This document shows, in pieces, positions 35,790-45,244 of a DNA stretch of 64,000 bases. Position numbers and translations under genes: made by a program. The stretch comes from Desulfatiglandales bacterium (GTDB lineage: Bacteria > Desulfobacterota > DSM-4660 > Desulfatiglandales > HGW-15): assembly GCA_963667015.2 (NCBI GenBank), contig CAXXJJ010000004.1, positions 1,920,001-1,984,000 on the forward strand. Reading direction: 5' to 3'. Every line of letters starts with the position of its first letter. Position 1 is the first letter of the stretch. Under the pieces are notes generated by a model that was not told the origin of the DNA, searched no databases, and saw nothing but the letters and a program-made list of their open reading frames with translations.

Positions 35790-36923
35790 ATGGGCACCAA
35801 CAACCTTGTTTTCCTTGAAATGATCGAGTGGTTTGATGAGACAGGAGATGAATTAATCCACAGAATACCTGAAAATGGATCCGGAGAAATCAAATTAGGT
35901 GCACAGCTTACTGTCAGGGAAAGTCAGGCTGCTGTATTATTTTACAAGGGTAAGGCAGTGGATGCATTCGGTCCCGGAAGGCATACTCTTAAGACGGGAA
36001 ATATCCCGGTCCTGACAAAAATCCTCTCAATACCATGGGCCATGGAAAGCCCCCTGCGTGCCGAAATATATATGGCAAACCTCAAGGTCTTTACCAATCT
36101 CAAGTGGGGCACCCGTGATCCTGTTGCATTTAAAGACTCGGAACTGGGCCTGATACGCCTGAGGGCACACGGTATCTTCAACATAAGAATTATTCAGCCC
36201 GTCCTGTTTATCAACAGCCTTGTGGGAACAATGGGTATGTTTACAACAAAGGATGTGAGCGAATACCTTAAAAGGGTTATCATATCCCGGTTTAATGACC
36301 ATCTGGGGGAAAACCTTGACAGTATCCTGAACCTTGCCGGTCAGTATGATGAGCTTTCAGCCGGCCTTATGAAACGACTTCAGGAAGATTTCTCAAGGTT
36401 CGGCCTGGCCCTCAGTCAGCTCTACATCACCTCTATTACTCCGCCGCCCGAGGTCCAGAAGGCCATTGATGACAAGAGTCGTATGGAGGTGTTTGACGAC
36501 CTTGACAAGCTCGTTAAGATGAAGGCCGCCATGGCCATGGAAAAGGCATCTGAATCGAGCGGTGAAGCAGGTTCAGGCATGGGTATGGGGCTTGGCTTCA
36601 TGATGCCTGCCATGTTCTCGGAGGTATTAAAGCCGGCGCAGCAAGGTGCTGCCCCGGCGCCTGTGCAGCAGAACATTCAGTGCCCGGATTGCGGTAATTC
36701 CATTCCAAAGGAATCAAAGTTCTGTCCTTTGTGCGGTCATCAACAGGTTGTCTTCAGCCAGTGTTCCAATTGCGGTAAAAATCTTCCGCCAAATGCCAGG
36801 TTCTGTCCAAAATGCGGCCACCCTGCGGATGAAAAACCGGTAAACCCGAGATGTCCCAACTGTTCTACTGAAAATATGCCCGGTGCCATGTTCTGCAACC
36901 AGTGCGGTGAAAAGCTGGGCTGA
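35790..36923 (+). CDS. SPFH/Band 7 (YdjI-like) protein with C-terminal double zinc ribbons
   Basis: GAQLTVRESQ, FGPGRHTL, KWGTRDP; six CxxC motifs. Confidence 0.88.
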   Translation: MGTNNLVFLEMIEWFDETGDELIHRIPENGSGEIKLGAQLTVRESQAAVLFYKGKAVDAFGPGRHTLKTGNIPVLTKILSIPWAMESPLRAEIYMANLKVFTNLKWGTRDPVAFKDSELGLIRLRAHGIFNIRIIQPVLFINSLVGTMGMFTTKDVSEYLKRVIISRFNDHLGENLDSILNLAGQYDELSAGLMKRLQEDFSRFGLALSQLYITSITPPPEVQKAIDDKSRMEVFDDLDKLVKMKAAMAMEKASESSGEAGSGMGMGLGFMMPAMFSEVLKPAQQGAAPAPVQQNIQCPDCGNSIPKESKFCPLCGHQQVVFSQCSNCGKNLPPNARFCPKCGHPADEKPVNPRCPNCSTENMPGAMFCNQCGEKLG

Positions 36924-36925
36924 TA

Positions 36926-38155
36926 ATGGGGTTCATTATTGAACAGGAGTGCCACCAGTGCGGCGCTCCTATCGAACTTTCCGAAACAGACAGGATACTC
37001 TCATGCCCCTACTGTGATGTCCAGAGCTACCTGTTTTCACCGGGTTACTTCAGATATATGCTCCCTCACAAGGCTCCTGAAAGGGATATTATATATGTCC
37101 CCTATCTCCGCTTTAAGGGCAGTGTTTTTTACTGCGGAGAACTGTCAATGGGACACAGAATAATTGATATTACCCAGACAGGTGTAAAACTTGAGGGAAT
37201 TCCCATATCCCTTGGTTTACGTCCCCAGGCCATGAAACTGCGATTTGCCACAAGAAAAACCCCTGGAAGATTCATGAGATTTTCTCTTAAGGCTGTTGAT
37301 ATTCTTACCAGGGCTGCAAAACTGTCAAGGCTTTCCGGCAAGGAAGAGATACTCCACAGGGCATTTATCGGTGAAACCATGAGTATCATCTACCTGCCAA
37401 TCTATGTGTTTGAAGAAAAACTCTATGATGCGATATTAAACAGGCCTCTGGCAAATCAGGGGGAAGATACACAGGCAATTGACTCAAGCCTGATAAAAAA
37501 AATCCCTGAATCTGTTTCCTTTATACCCACGATCTGCCCCAGGTGCGGCTGGACAATGAAAGGAGAGAGAGACAGCGCTGTTCTTTTATGCGAAAACTGC
37601 ATCACGGCATGGGAGGTAAAGGATAAAAAGTATTCAAACATCAGGATGATTGTCGCAGGTAAAGCAGATGATGATACAGTCTTCCTCCCCTTCTGGAAGA
37701 TTCAGGCAAAAACAGAGGGAATTAATATTGAAACCTTTGCCGATTTTTTAAAAATAACAAACCAGCCGATAATTCCTGACAAAGATAAACATTCAGGCTC
37801 CATGAATTACTGGAGCCCGGCCTTTAAAATCAAACCAAAGATGCTTCTTCAACTGGCTCGCCAGTTTACCATAATGCAGATGAATGAATTTGATGAGGAA
37901 GATTCGATACCTGAAAGAGATATTCATCCCGTCACACTACCCATTTCAGAGGCTGTTCAGGCATTAAAAATGATACTTGTCTCTTCCGCGGTCATGAAGA
38001 AAAATGTCATACCTCTCCTTCCCCGGATCAGCTTTATCACAGGGGATAAAACCCTTGTCTACCTGCCCTTCAGACAGACCCGGTATGACATGATAAACAA
38101 TGAGCTTGGAATAAGTATTAACAGACAAAGTCTTGAATTCGGAAGATCGCTCTGA
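36926..38155 (+). CDS. Hypothetical zinc-ribbon protein with internal duplication
   Basis: CHQC..CPYC and CPRC..CENC, each followed by Y/F-x-P-(Y/F) motifs; 2-nt gap to the upstream gene. Confidence 0.75.
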   Translation: MGFIIEQECHQCGAPIELSETDRILSCPYCDVQSYLFSPGYFRYMLPHKAPERDIIYVPYLRFKGSVFYCGELSMGHRIIDITQTGVKLEGIPISLGLRPQAMKLRFATRKTPGRFMRFSLKAVDILTRAAKLSRLSGKEEILHRAFIGETMSIIYLPIYVFEEKLYDAILNRPLANQGEDTQAIDSSLIKKIPESVSFIPTICPRCGWTMKGERDSAVLLCENCITAWEVKDKKYSNIRMIVAGKADDDTVFLPFWKIQAKTEGINIETFADFLKITNQPIIPDKDKHSGSMNYWSPAFKIKPKMLLQLARQFTIMQMNEFDEEDSIPERDIHPVTLPISEAVQALKMILVSSAVMKKNVIPLLPRISFITGDKTLVYLPFRQTRYDMINNELGISINRQSLEFGRSL

Positions 38156-38168
38156 TAGATAGTAAGGT

Positions 38169-38972
38169 ATGAAAAAAGAAATCACTATCAGCAGGCTGAA
38201 GGAAAAGCTGGAAGAACTTTACAGCTATTATAACAGGAGAAAATTCGTTCACCCTGACCCCCTTGAATTCCTTTATAACTATGATGACATTCGGGACATG
38301 GAAGTGGTTGCACTTGTCGCATCCTCACTTGCCTATGGAAGGGTTGTTCAGATCTTAAAGAGCGTGTCAGCCATTTTGGAAAAGATGTCCCCCACGCCCT
38401 ACCTTTTTCTTACAGGCATATCGGAAAAAAAATTGCTTAACAGCTTTGGAGGTTTCAAGCATCGATTTACCACAGGAGAGGACGTCTCCTGCATGCTGCT
38501 GGCTGCAAAAAAAATGATAACGGAAGACGGCTCTCTTTTAAATGCATTTGTCTCAGGCTACAGAGACTCAGATAAAAATATTTTACCGGCCCTGTCCACC
38601 TTTGTCAGGCGGCTCGCAAAGGAGTCCCAAGGCAGTAAAAACAGCCTGATACCCATTCCGGACAGGGGAAGCGCCTGTAAAAGACTGATACTTTTCTTAA
38701 GGTGGATGGTCAGAAAAGACAATGTAGATCCCGGGGGCTGGAAACAGATATGCCCTTCAAAATTGATCATCCCTCTTGACACGCACATGCACAGCATATG
38801 TACCGGGCTTGGGATGACCTCAAGAAAACAGGCTGACATGAAAACAGCTATTGAAATAACCGATGCATTTAAAAAAATAGTTCCGGATGATCCGGTAAAA
38901 TATGACTTTTCACTCACCCGCCTGGGTATTAGAAAGGATGCTGACCCCCGTGAGTTTTTTAACTCAATTTAA
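38169..38972 (+). CDS. TIGR02757/DUF2400 family protein
   Basis: DPLEF, LAYGRV, SACKRLILFLRWMVRKD.VDPG.W, PLDTH, DPVKYDFSL. Confidence 0.9.
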   Translation: MKKEITISRLKEKLEELYSYYNRRKFVHPDPLEFLYNYDDIRDMEVVALVASSLAYGRVVQILKSVSAILEKMSPTPYLFLTGISEKKLLNSFGGFKHRFTTGEDVSCMLLAAKKMITEDGSLLNAFVSGYRDSDKNILPALSTFVRRLAKESQGSKNSLIPIPDRGSACKRLILFLRWMVRKDNVDPGGWKQICPSKLIIPLDTHMHSICTGLGMTSRKQADMKTAIEITDAFKKIVPDDPVKYDFSLTRLGIRKDADPREFFNSI

Positions 38973-39063
38973 TTATTCTATTGCTATCCGATTTTAACTA
39001 TCTTATAATTTTAAGGTTTTTTGATTTACTTCAACAAGACAGGGTTAATGATAATCTATCAGG

Positions 39064-41031
39064 ATGAGGATTATTATGAGATTCAGGTCGAATGAAGTAA
39101 TAAAATACATGTTAAACGGGAATTCCACACTTTTCCTTGGAGAAGTATTTAACTCCTTTAAATACGGAGTTACCATCCTTGATGGAAATGGCATACACAT
39201 CTATGTAAACCCCGCATTTTGTAAAATGACAGGCTATAAAGAGAGTGAACTGCTGGGTTCAGGACCGCCCTATCTCTACTGGTCAGAGGAAAACCAGAAT
39301 CGAATCCAGCCAGACCTGGCTTCGGATTTTCAGGGATGCGTAAATGATATTGAACTTATTCTGAAGAGAAAAGATAAAAAATGCCTTCCTGTAATTGCTG
39401 CCTCATCAGTAATATCAGATGCGAACAACGGCACCATTTATTATATGACAACAATAAGTGCTATCAATACTAAAACTGACATATCTGAACAAAAAAGGGC
39501 TGAAGAAGCCTTAAGGCAAAGCGAACATCGCTACAGGAGCCTGGTGGAAAATTCATTTTTCGGGCTTTTCATTGTTGATATCCATTCCGGCCAATTTTTG
39601 TTTTTAAATAAAAGATTATGTGATTTTTTCGGTTATACCGTGGAAGAGGGCCTCAACCTCTCATTATGGGACCTTATAAATCCGGAAGAACATGAATCAA
39701 TAAAAAAAATACTCGAAAAATGGCCTCCTGACTATGAAAATGCCTCAACAAGATCCGGTATTTTTACCGGGATCAGGAAGGATGGCTCTATCATCAGGGC
39801 GGAAATTGATGCCACAATTATCGTCTATGATGGTGACCTATCGGTCCAGGGCCTTGTAAATGATGTTACGAGAGAAGAAGATTTTGATGAAAAACTCCGG
39901 CAGATCCAGAAGATGGAGGCAATAGGCACTCTTGCAGGAGGTATTTCACATGACTTTAATAATATCCTTTCTGCAATTATCGGTTATTGTGAACTGGCCA
40001 ATTTTCAATTAAGGAAAAAGAAACCGGCTGAGGACTCAATAGATCAGATCCTTAAGGCGGGGTACAGGGCCAGAGACCTGGTGAGTCAGATTCTTGCCTT
40101 CAGCCGAAAAAAGGAAAATGAACTAAAGCCCATTTATCTCAAGCCGCTGGTAAAAGAAGTACTGAAACTGATGAAGGCCTCTCTGCCATCGACAATTGAA
40201 ATAAGAGAAAACTTCTCCCAGGAAAACGGTGTTATTATGGGAGACCCGACACAAATCCACCAGATAATGATGAATCTTTGCACCAATTCCGCACACGCCA
40301 TGAGAGAAGAAGGCGGCACACTTGAAGTGTCGCTCTATGATGTATCCTATGACGAGAACGTAACTGTCTCGCATCCGGAGATGGCGTCAGGTAAATATAT
40401 AGTCTTATCGGTGAGAGATAGCGGCCATGGAATGTCCCCTGAGATACGCGAGAGAATATTTGAGCCCTATTACACAACCAAGGAAAAAGGTGTTGGGACT
40501 GGAATGGGCCTTGCAGTAGTTCACGGCATTGTGAAAAGTTATGGAGGAGCAATAAATGTTGAAAGCGAATCGAATGTCGGAACCACCTTTAAGATATACC
40601 TGCCCGAGGTCAGATACAGACATTTATCAGGTGTAAAAACAGCGGAAAAGAAAATTCCAGGAGGCAACGAAAGGATATTGTTCGTTGATGATGAGGCGGC
40701 TCTTGCAAGTCTGGGGAAAAAATTACTTGAAAACCTGGGGTATCAGGTAATTATGATGACTGACAGCCCCAAGGCGTATAAACTCTTCAGCTCAAATCCA
40801 AAAAGATTCGACCTTGTTATTACCGATATGACCATGCCCGGCCTGACAGGTGCAAACCTTACCCAAAAAATCCGACATATCCGGGCCGATACGCCTGTTA
40901 TACTCTGTACAGGTTACAGTGAGAAAATAAATGAGGAAAAGGCCTTAGATATGGGAATCAATGCATTTATTATGAAACCGCTCGCAATACAGGAACTGGC
41001 TGCCAAGGTGAGAGAAGTCCTGGATGCATAA
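39064..41031 (+). CDS. Hybrid sensor histidine kinase (PAS-PAS-HisKA-HATPase-REC)
   Basis: GGISHDFNNIL, NLCTNS, DSGHG, GTGMGL, FVDDE, TDMTMP, KP; exact start uncertain. Confidence 0.92.
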   Translation: MRIIMRFRSNEVIKYMLNGNSTLFLGEVFNSFKYGVTILDGNGIHIYVNPAFCKMTGYKESELLGSGPPYLYWSEENQNRIQPDLASDFQGCVNDIELILKRKDKKCLPVIAASSVISDANNGTIYYMTTISAINTKTDISEQKRAEEALRQSEHRYRSLVENSFFGLFIVDIHSGQFLFLNKRLCDFFGYTVEEGLNLSLWDLINPEEHESIKKILEKWPPDYENASTRSGIFTGIRKDGSIIRAEIDATIIVYDGDLSVQGLVNDVTREEDFDEKLRQIQKMEAIGTLAGGISHDFNNILSAIIGYCELANFQLRKKKPAEDSIDQILKAGYRARDLVSQILAFSRKKENELKPIYLKPLVKEVLKLMKASLPSTIEIRENFSQENGVIMGDPTQIHQIMMNLCTNSAHAMREEGGTLEVSLYDVSYDENVTVSHPEMASGKYIVLSVRDSGHGMSPEIRERIFEPYYTTKEKGVGTGMGLAVVHGIVKSYGGAINVESESNVGTTFKIYLPEVRYRHLSGVKTAEKKIPGGNERILFVDDEAALASLGKKLLENLGYQVIMMTDSPKAYKLFSSNPKRFDLVITDMTMPGLTGANLTQKIRHIRADTPVILCTGYSEKINEEKALDMGINAFIMKPLAIQELAAKVREVLDA

Positions 41032-41062
41032 TATCATGCTCAAAGCCTTCAATACAGCCCTG

Positions 41063-41977
41063 TCACTTTGTCACGTTATTCAAAAATATAACAGCCTCAC
41101 CAATTGTTCTTTCCAGGATATCTTCCTCATCCCCCTCGGGTTCGATGATCTTTACCATAGGCCCTAAAGGCCGCCATTGATCAATAGAACTGTCTTTAAA
41201 AAGTGCTATGGTATTAATACCCAGCATTGCCGCAAGATGAGTTACCCCGCTGTCATGACCCATATACAGACAGGCATCTTTCAGGATAGAAAGTAATTCC
41301 TCTCCAGCAGGACATGCTGTTTTTACGTTGTATTCACCTGCCTTTTTTTCAATTATCGGAAGTATATTTTCTTCAGCAGGCCCCAGCAGGAAATATATTT
41401 CCATGGAAGGATCGAGAGTTTTATTGATAAGGGTTGCCAGATAAAACCAGAAATCATGTGAATAATTTTTCTTTTTTGATCCTGATCCGGGATGAAGTAA
41501 TATCTTTTTTCCGGCACCTCTGTTTGACTGTATTGCAGGTTTTTCAAGGGCATCATTTAAGGTTTTTCCGGGATCGACAGGAATACCTGCTGACTGAAGA
41601 GCGTATGCCATGTGAAGCACAACATGTGTCCCGGAAGCGGGATCCGGGAAAGGCGGAAAAATATCTATTTTTGAACCGGGGAAGAGATGAGCAAGGTTCT
41701 CGGAGAAAACATTATCTCTGTCATTTACATAGGCAATTACATGGTCCACCTGAGGACATGGTATATCAATATCCGGCTCCGGACCGAAAAGCCTGTGCCA
41801 CCCTCCTCTTTCAATATCTATGCATTGCTCAACAAAGGGTTCCAGGTAATCAATACCCGGTTTCCTTCCCATTATGATTATCCGGCGCCCGGAGAGCGCA
41901 TTAATCAATGGCATGAGAAGCAATGTATCACCAAGTGCACCGGACCTGATAATGAGAATTTTCAATCTGTCTTCCAT
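41063..41977 (-). CDS. Glycosyltransferase family 9 (heptosyltransferase-like)
   Basis: GALGD, LHPGSGS..KN, GHDSGVTHLAA. Confidence 0.88.
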   Translation of the reverse strand: MEDRLKILIIRSGALGDTLLLMPLINALSGRRIIIMGRKPGIDYLEPFVEQCIDIERGGWHRLFGPEPDIDIPCPQVDHVIAYVNDRDNVFSENLAHLFPGSKIDIFPPFPDPASGTHVVLHMAYALQSAGIPVDPGKTLNDALEKPAIQSNRGAGKKILLHPGSGSKKKNYSHDFWFYLATLINKTLDPSMEIYFLLGPAEENILPIIEKKAGEYNVKTACPAGEELLSILKDACLYMGHDSGVTHLAAMLGINTIALFKDSSIDQWRPLGPMVKIIEPEGDEEDILERTIGEAVIFLNNVTK

Positions 41978-42031
41978 AGTATATATATTATCAAAATCTA
42001 AAGGCGGATCTATGTGTTTGTCCGGTCCTTA

Positions 42032-42940
42032 TTATTTTAGAATATCCTCAAGGGCGGATTTTATTTCAGGGAACATAAAACAGTACCCCGCCTCCATCAA
42101 TTTGCGGGGAATCACTCTCTGACCTTTAAGCAGGGCGTCTGCAAACTCACCCATAACAAGCCTTAATGCAAAACCCGGCACAGAAGGCATAAAAGAGGGC
42201 TTATTCATCACTGAAGCAATGGTGTCTGTAAACTCCCTGTTTGTAACAGGGTTCGGGGCAGTACAATTATATGCACCGTCAGGTAGCTTGTTTTCAATCT
42301 GAAATAAAATGATATTGATAAGATCTTTGATATGAATCCATGAAAAATACTGTCTGCCGTTTCCAAGAGGGCTTCCGACCCGGTATTTAAACAGCGGGAG
42401 CATCATGGGTATGGCCCCGCCTCCCCTGCCAAGGATAACGCCGAATCGATTTATTAGAACACGCACACCTGACTTTAGTGCCTCATTTGCCGCTTCTTCC
42501 CATTTCATGGAAAGCGATGCAAGAAAATCAGAGCCCGGAAGAGCACCCTCGTGAAGTATTTCATCACCATGAAAACCATAATACCCTACTGCAGAGGTAC
42601 TTATAAGAAGCACATTTCCATTTTTTTGATCAGCCAGGCCTTCGACTATATTTCTTGTTGTTCTGATTCGGCTATGGATCAGGGTTTGCTTGTATTTTGA
42701 TGTCCAGCGTTTAAAGATCGATGCACCTGCGAGGTTAATAACGACATCACAGTCAGCGAGTTGATCCAGCCATTTACCCTTGTGGGCGGGATCGCCTTCA
42801 ACAAAAGAGAGTCTACTGGAAATCTCTTTATCTGATCTAATACTCCGGGTGAGTACTTTTACACTGTACCCCTTTTCCAGAAGATTCTTTGAAAGCTCGC
42901 TTCCTACAAAACCTGTGCCCCCGGTGATGAAAATATTCAT
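42032..42940 (-). CDS. TIGR01777 family NAD-dependent epimerase/oxidoreductase
   Basis: TGGTGFVG, NLAGASI, SAVGYYG, SWIHI, YNCTAPNPV, GQRVIP. Confidence 0.92.
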   Translation of the reverse strand: MNIFITGGTGFVGSELSKNLLEKGYSVKVLTRSIRSDKEISSRLSFVEGDPAHKGKWLDQLADCDVVINLAGASIFKRWTSKYKQTLIHSRIRTTRNIVEGLADQKNGNVLLISTSAVGYYGFHGDEILHEGALPGSDFLASLSMKWEEAANEALKSGVRVLINRFGVILGRGGGAIPMMLPLFKYRVGSPLGNGRQYFSWIHIKDLINIILFQIENKLPDGAYNCTAPNPVTNREFTDTIASVMNKPSFMPSVPGFALRLVMGEFADALLKGQRVIPRKLMEAGYCFMFPEIKSALEDILK

Positions 42941-42975
42941 GCCACCTCCTACCTACTAATAAAAATAAAAGCATG

Positions 42976-43148
42976 TCTCTCACAGCACCCGCAGAGATCG
43001 CAGAGAAAAAGCAAAAACATTTAATAGCTTAATACACTAAATATAAAACGAATAAATTTATAATAATAGATAGAGGTTTTATTAAAATCAAAAAGTTTTT
43101 CTCTGTGGCCTCTGCGGGCTCTAGTGACCGAAGGGAACGGGCGAGAGA
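42976..43148. repeat. Long imperfect inverted-repeat element with AT-rich spacer (MITE/REPIN-like)
   Basis: CCCGCAGAGATCGCAGAGAAAAA (42988-43010) vs TTTTTCTCTGTGGCCTCTGCGGG (43096-43118); outer TCTCTCAC / GCGAGAGA. Confidence 0.65.
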
Positions 43149-43159
43149 TAAAAAATATC

Positions 43160-43187
43160 TTGCAGCCCTCTCCACAGACGGCTGCAA
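43160..43187. terminator. Hairpin downstream of the spe operon
   Basis: TTGCAGCC...GGCTGCAA. Confidence 0.5.
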
Positions 43188-43194
43188 TGATTTT

Positions 43195-43602
43195 TTATTT
43201 TCTTACTATAAACCTGGAACGGATTGTTTCGGCACCAAAATAATCCTTTGAAAATTTTTCTGCTGTTTCTACGTTATATTCCTTGCATGAAAAGATATTC
43301 AGATAAACTGCACCTGTACCTTCTGAGAAATGCCCTGTTATTGAACTTGTTTCAATAAACTGCAGAAGAGAATATCCCTTTGTATGTTCCTGATTTTCTC
43401 CAAAATAGGGTGTGAGAGGCTCGCCATAGGGTTTCATGTCTATTACCCTGCACAATTCCCTGGCAAAATTTTTGATTGCCTTCTCGTCAGAGATGGTCTC
43501 TCTGTTACAGCCATAGAGGTCCAGCACAAGTTCCCATCCAAAGGTTATTTCAGGAGACGGGCCGGCCTCATAAATTTCTTTCTCAATAGTATTGACTGTC
43601 AT
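43195..43602 (-). CDS. Divergent pyruvoyl-dependent AdoMetDC-family decarboxylase
   Basis: LDLYGC, GYSLLQFIETSSITGHF, LNIFSCK. Confidence 0.8.
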   Translation of the reverse strand: MTVNTIEKEIYEAGPSPEITFGWELVLDLYGCNRETISDEKAIKNFARELCRVIDMKPYGEPLTPYFGENQEHTKGYSLLQFIETSSITGHFSEGTGAVYLNIFSCKEYNVETAEKFSKDYFGAETIRSRFIVRK

Positions 43603-44453
43603 ATCAAACGCTCCTTTAAAAAACCGGGTATATGAAAAGCGCCAATATGTGTTCCCGGATTATAATATCTCGTCTTTATATTATTCATAGCTGCCTTTTC
43701 TTCAATCACACTTAAATCGTTTTTTTCCGGATTAATATCATCTGAGCAGAACATTGCGGAAAACAGCCCGCCTATATATGTTGGAACAGTAAAGACATAG
43801 GGTCTGGCATAGCCATATATTTCCGATAAAAGGTTATAAGTCTCGACCTGTTCCCCGGGCTGCATATGAAGAGACCCTGTCTGACAAACCATGATACCGT
43901 CTTTAGCCAGCAGATTATGAATATCTCCATAAAATGCCTTTGAAAAAAGAACCGTTGCCGGCCCAATCGGATCGCATGAATCTACTATAACAACATCGAA
44001 TTTTTCGGTTGTGTCTTTAACAAAAACCGCACCATCGGAAATGATAATGTTTACCCGGCTGTCTTCAAATGATCCATCGTTGATTGAAGGCAGATATTTT
44101 TTGCTTAACTCGATAACACCCGGATCGATCTCAACCATGGTTGCCATGGTAACAGATTTATATCTGAGAACTTCTCTTAATATTCCGCCATCGCCGCCGC
44201 CGATTATAAGTACCTTTTCGGGATTGGGATGGGACAGCATTGGTACATGGACCAGCATTTCATGATATATAAATTCGTCCTTTTCGGTCGTCTGAACGAT
44301 GCCGTCAAGCAGAAGCATACGTCCATATCTGTCCGAATCTACAATCCGGGTATGCTGGAACTCGGAATTATCTTCGTAAAGTACTGATTGTATCCTGTAT
44401 CGTGTTTCAACATCCTGCCATTTTTCAGTGACCCACTGCTGTTTATCAGTCAA
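43599..44453 (-). CDS. speE: Spermidine synthase (polyamine aminopropyltransferase)
   Basis: LDGIVQTTEKDEFIYHEM, IGGGDGG, VEID, DVVIVDSCDP. Confidence 0.95.
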   Translation of the reverse strand: MTDKQQWVTEKWQDVETRYRIQSVLYEDNSEFQHTRIVDSDRYGRMLLLDGIVQTTEKDEFIYHEMLVHVPMLSHPNPEKVLIIGGGDGGILREVLRYKSVTMATMVEIDPGVIELSKKYLPSINDGSFEDSRVNIIISDGAVFVKDTTEKFDVVIVDSCDPIGPATVLFSKAFYGDIHNLLAKDGIMVCQTGSLHMQPGEQVETYNLLSEIYGYARPYVFTVPTYIGGLFSAMFCSDDINPEKNDLSVIEEKAAMNNIKTRYYNPGTHIGAFHIPGFLKERLI

Positions 44454-44860
44454 GTTAAAACCCCCCTTCTGATCTCCTGTACATCAATCTTAAAAGGCTT
44501 GAATTCTTCCTCTATTACAGGGATTGCCAGGTGGGGATTTATAGTGCCGCAAACAAAAAGATCCAGGGCCGCATAATCATATTCCGGCCATGTATGGATA
44601 CTTAAATGGGATTCCTGAAGGATTGCTACACCGGAAATACCACCATTTGGAGTAAAGACATGGAGGTCAATACCAAGCATGGTTGCACCGCAGGTATTGA
44701 TTGCCTTTATGATGATTTCCCGGATGCGGTTGGAGTCGTCCAAGAAATTCTTGGTCCAGAGTTCAATAAGCAGATGAACTCCAGTGTATTTTACGTCACC
44801 GTCCTGTCCACAATATTCTCTTGCATCTATGTATTCTGTATTTAATTTCATGTTCTTCAT
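44450..44860 (-). CDS. speD: S-adenosylmethionine decarboxylase proenzyme
   Basis: GVHLLIE, GISGVAILQESHLSIHTWPE, DLFVCG. Confidence 0.92.
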   Translation of the reverse strand: MKNMKLNTEYIDAREYCGQDGDVKYTGVHLLIELWTKNFLDDSNRIREIIIKAINTCGATMLGIDLHVFTPNGGISGVAILQESHLSIHTWPEYDYAALDLFVCGTINPHLAIPVIEEEFKPFKIDVQEIRRGVLT

Positions 44861-45244
44861 CTATACTCATAAAAACTCCTTTTTCTTTTATTTTTTGCCC
44901 CAAAAAAGATTAATCATCTTTCAGGACCTATAAAACAAAAGAAACCAGATAAACTAAACCAGCCTAAAAATCAATAAAAAAAACAACCCTCTCTGCCTCA
45001 CATCTTCTTCAAATACCAACTTACCCTGTATATTCCATCAGTTACGCTACAGCATCGTCTCTTCCCCCAGAGTAACAATATTTCAAAATTAGATGAAACA
45101 TGCCTGATTCCAGGTAGGGACTATTGAATAAATTTAACATTAGTACTAATATAGTGATTCATTTTAAATCGGAATATTCATAGATTCAATTTGTGCATTT
45201 CCAGCTTTTTACCATATTTACACATAGTCGCGGAGGAATAATAA

